A stretch of DNA of 64,000 nucleotides, from the NCBI GenBank assembly GCA_963555755.3, contig OY820905.2:384001-448000 (forward strand), written 5' to 3'. Positions 62,534 to 64,000 of the stretch are shown here, one piece after another; positions within the stretch are counted from its first letter, which is position 1, and every line of letters begins with the position of its first letter. Below the pieces are notes generated by a model that made no database searches, had not been told where the DNA came from, and was given only the letters and a program-made list of their open reading frames with translations. The translations under genes and the position numbers were made by a program. The DNA comes from Nitrospirales bacterium (GTDB lineage Bacteria > Nitrospirota > Nitrospiria > Nitrospirales > UBA8639).

Positions 62534-62687
62534 GGTTCGCACAAGAATACCTTCCCCGGTTTGGGTGCTGAGACACCTGTTTGGCAAGGCGCGAGGACTG
62601 CCATACTCCTGTATGGAAAGGACGAGCAACGCCGTCAGGCTGGATGGATCGACGCCCAAACAGGGGAAGTTATTCTTGCGCGAGCCC
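62533..62687. mobile_element. MITE family A, copy 4
   Basis: TIRs; flanks TTA / TAA; overlaps the RidA stop. Confidence 0.85.
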
Positions 62688-62872
62688 TAAGCAACTCTAT
62701 GCCCCGGTTGTGATTCGTCGAACGATCGATGAGTTCGTCAAAGCCAAGGATACTCGACTGATAGGTATTTTGAAGGACCTGCTTCAGTATCCTGATGTGT
62801 ATGTGCAAGTACGGGGTATTCCTTTGTGGACTTTGGAGTCACCGACGCTCTTCCCTTTCTCACCGAATCTTA

Positions 62873-63029
62873 GGGCTCGCGCAAGAATAACTTCCCATCT
62901 TTGAGCGTCGATCCATCCTGTCTGGCGGCGTTGCTCGTCCCTTACATACCAAGAGTATGCGCAGTCCTCCCGCCTTGCCAGACAGGTGTCTCGTCACCCC
63001 AAAATGGGAAGTTATTCTTGCGCGAGCCC
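62873..63029. mobile_element. MITE family A, copy 5 (opposite orientation)
   Basis: TIRs; TTA on both flanks. Confidence 0.85.
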
Positions 63030-63194
63030 TTAGTCGCCAATCCCAACGGGTTGAGGTTCACTCAGCCGCTCATCGAACCATCAAATTGTTGACTACTTCC
63101 TCACACTAGCTTCTTTTCCCTCTTCATTTGACAACAAAAATTTCTCATTGTTAAAGTGATTTCATAGGTTCACTCAATCCCGGTTGAAACTCAT

Positions 63195-63335
63195 GGGCAC
63201 CTCTACAAACCAGGCATTTTTTGTGAGGGCAAGGAAGCCGCGCGCGGAAAACCGGAGTGTATGGGCGAATACATGAGGATTTGAGCACGCGGCTGACGCC
63301 GCCATCACGGAAAAGGACGGTTTTTAGAGGTGCCC
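63195..63335. mobile_element. MITE family B, copy 2
   Basis: TIR GGGCACCTCTA; 4-bp duplication TCAT. Confidence 0.88.
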
Positions 63336-63427
63336 TCATGTTGTGGTCTATCCGTGAGGTTCAAAGGCCTTTTGGCTCCCTGTCTTGAGTATTCGTGTTG
63401 TGTCATCTTAGAAAGGTTGTATTCCCA

Positions 63428-64000
63428 ATGAAAACGATATCCTGTCTGACCCTGATGGTCTCTTTGGTTTTAGGCGTCGGTGTCCCCGTGAACGCAGAGC
63501 TTTTTCCTGCATCAGGTCCTCCAGGCACAACCGTGACTGTTGGAGGCGATGATTTTGGTGAGTTTGTTTCCACTGCGGTGAATCGCGTGGAATTTAATGG
63601 CGCATCCGCGTTGATTCAATTATGGGAAAAAGATCTTGTCATGGTAAAGGTGCCCATTGGGGCAACGACCGGGCCCGTGATCGTAATCAGTGGAACGAAA
63701 AAACATTCGATGGGAGAGTTCTCGGTTCGTCAGATCAGGATTTCTAAAATCAGTCCTGCCGAGGCTGAGCCGGGTTCCGTCTTGACCATTGAAGGTGAAA
63801 ACTTTGGGAACACGGCAGGGTCGCGTGATCCGAACACCATGTTCGGAGTGAATCGAGTGCTGATCAATGGTGTGAAGGCGCAAGTTATTAAATGGCGTCC
63901 CAATAAGTTGGAAGTGACGATTCCGACGAATTCGACATCTGGTGATGTGGTGGTGCAATTGGCATCTTCCGACCCTCTGCCTGATGGAGCCTGTTGTGCA
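63428..64000 (+). CDS. Secreted IPT/TIG-repeat protein (runs off the window end)
   Basis: MKTISCLTLM signal; P.SGPPGTTVTV.G.DFG, VKVP.GATTGPV; second repeat ISP.EA.PGSVLTIEGENFG. Confidence 0.82.
   Translation, partial: MKTISCLTLMVSLVLGVGVPVNAELFPASGPPGTTVTVGGDDFGEFVSTAVNRVEFNGASALIQLWEKDLVMVKVPIGATTGPVIVISGTKKHSMGEFSVRQIRISKISPAEAEPGSVLTIEGENFGNTAGSRDPNTMFGVNRVLINGVKAQVIKWRPNKLEVTIPTNSTSGDVVVQLASSDPLPDGACCA

Noticed and set aside
12983..63335. Dispersed repeats as a CRISPR array
   Set aside because: Copies are 140-160 bp, scattered, have TIRs and target duplications, lack regular spacers, and no cas genes are present

Overview
Bacterial chromosomal window; gene content (PEP-CTERM protein, PrsT-like TPR lipoprotein, cinA-thpR-recA-alaS...mltG) suggests a Nitrospirales-like organism, but this is inference only. 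A housekeeping backbone (putA, thiI, trxB, coaE, tenA, tpx, cinA, thpR, recA, alaS, mltG, RidA family) is interrupted by three accessory zones. (1) 1-8 kb: an IS110/IS1111 element whose downstream non-coding region contains guide-like matches to its own insertion site, which is the oriIS-like end of an IS91/ISCR remnant. This zone also holds a near-identical partial putA duplicate, higBA and a lexA fragment. (2) 27091-50463: a 23.4-kb composite transposon bounded by inverted IS1595 copies and an exact 8-bp target duplication (GTAAGCCA). It carries an SNF2-helicase/DUF1156-methyltransferase/DUF499-ATPase putative defence operon, TIR/NDT-like and nuclease-like genes, a truncated integrase with two RHH regulators, and several nested IS (IS66 with a DUF4338 gene, two IS630, two other IS1595). 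(3) 58-60.8 kb: an orphan integron-like gene cassette and an MNT-HEPN toxin-antitoxin pair. At least three MITE families and several REP-like palindromes are dispersed through the window. No rRNA, tRNA or CRISPR array was recognised.
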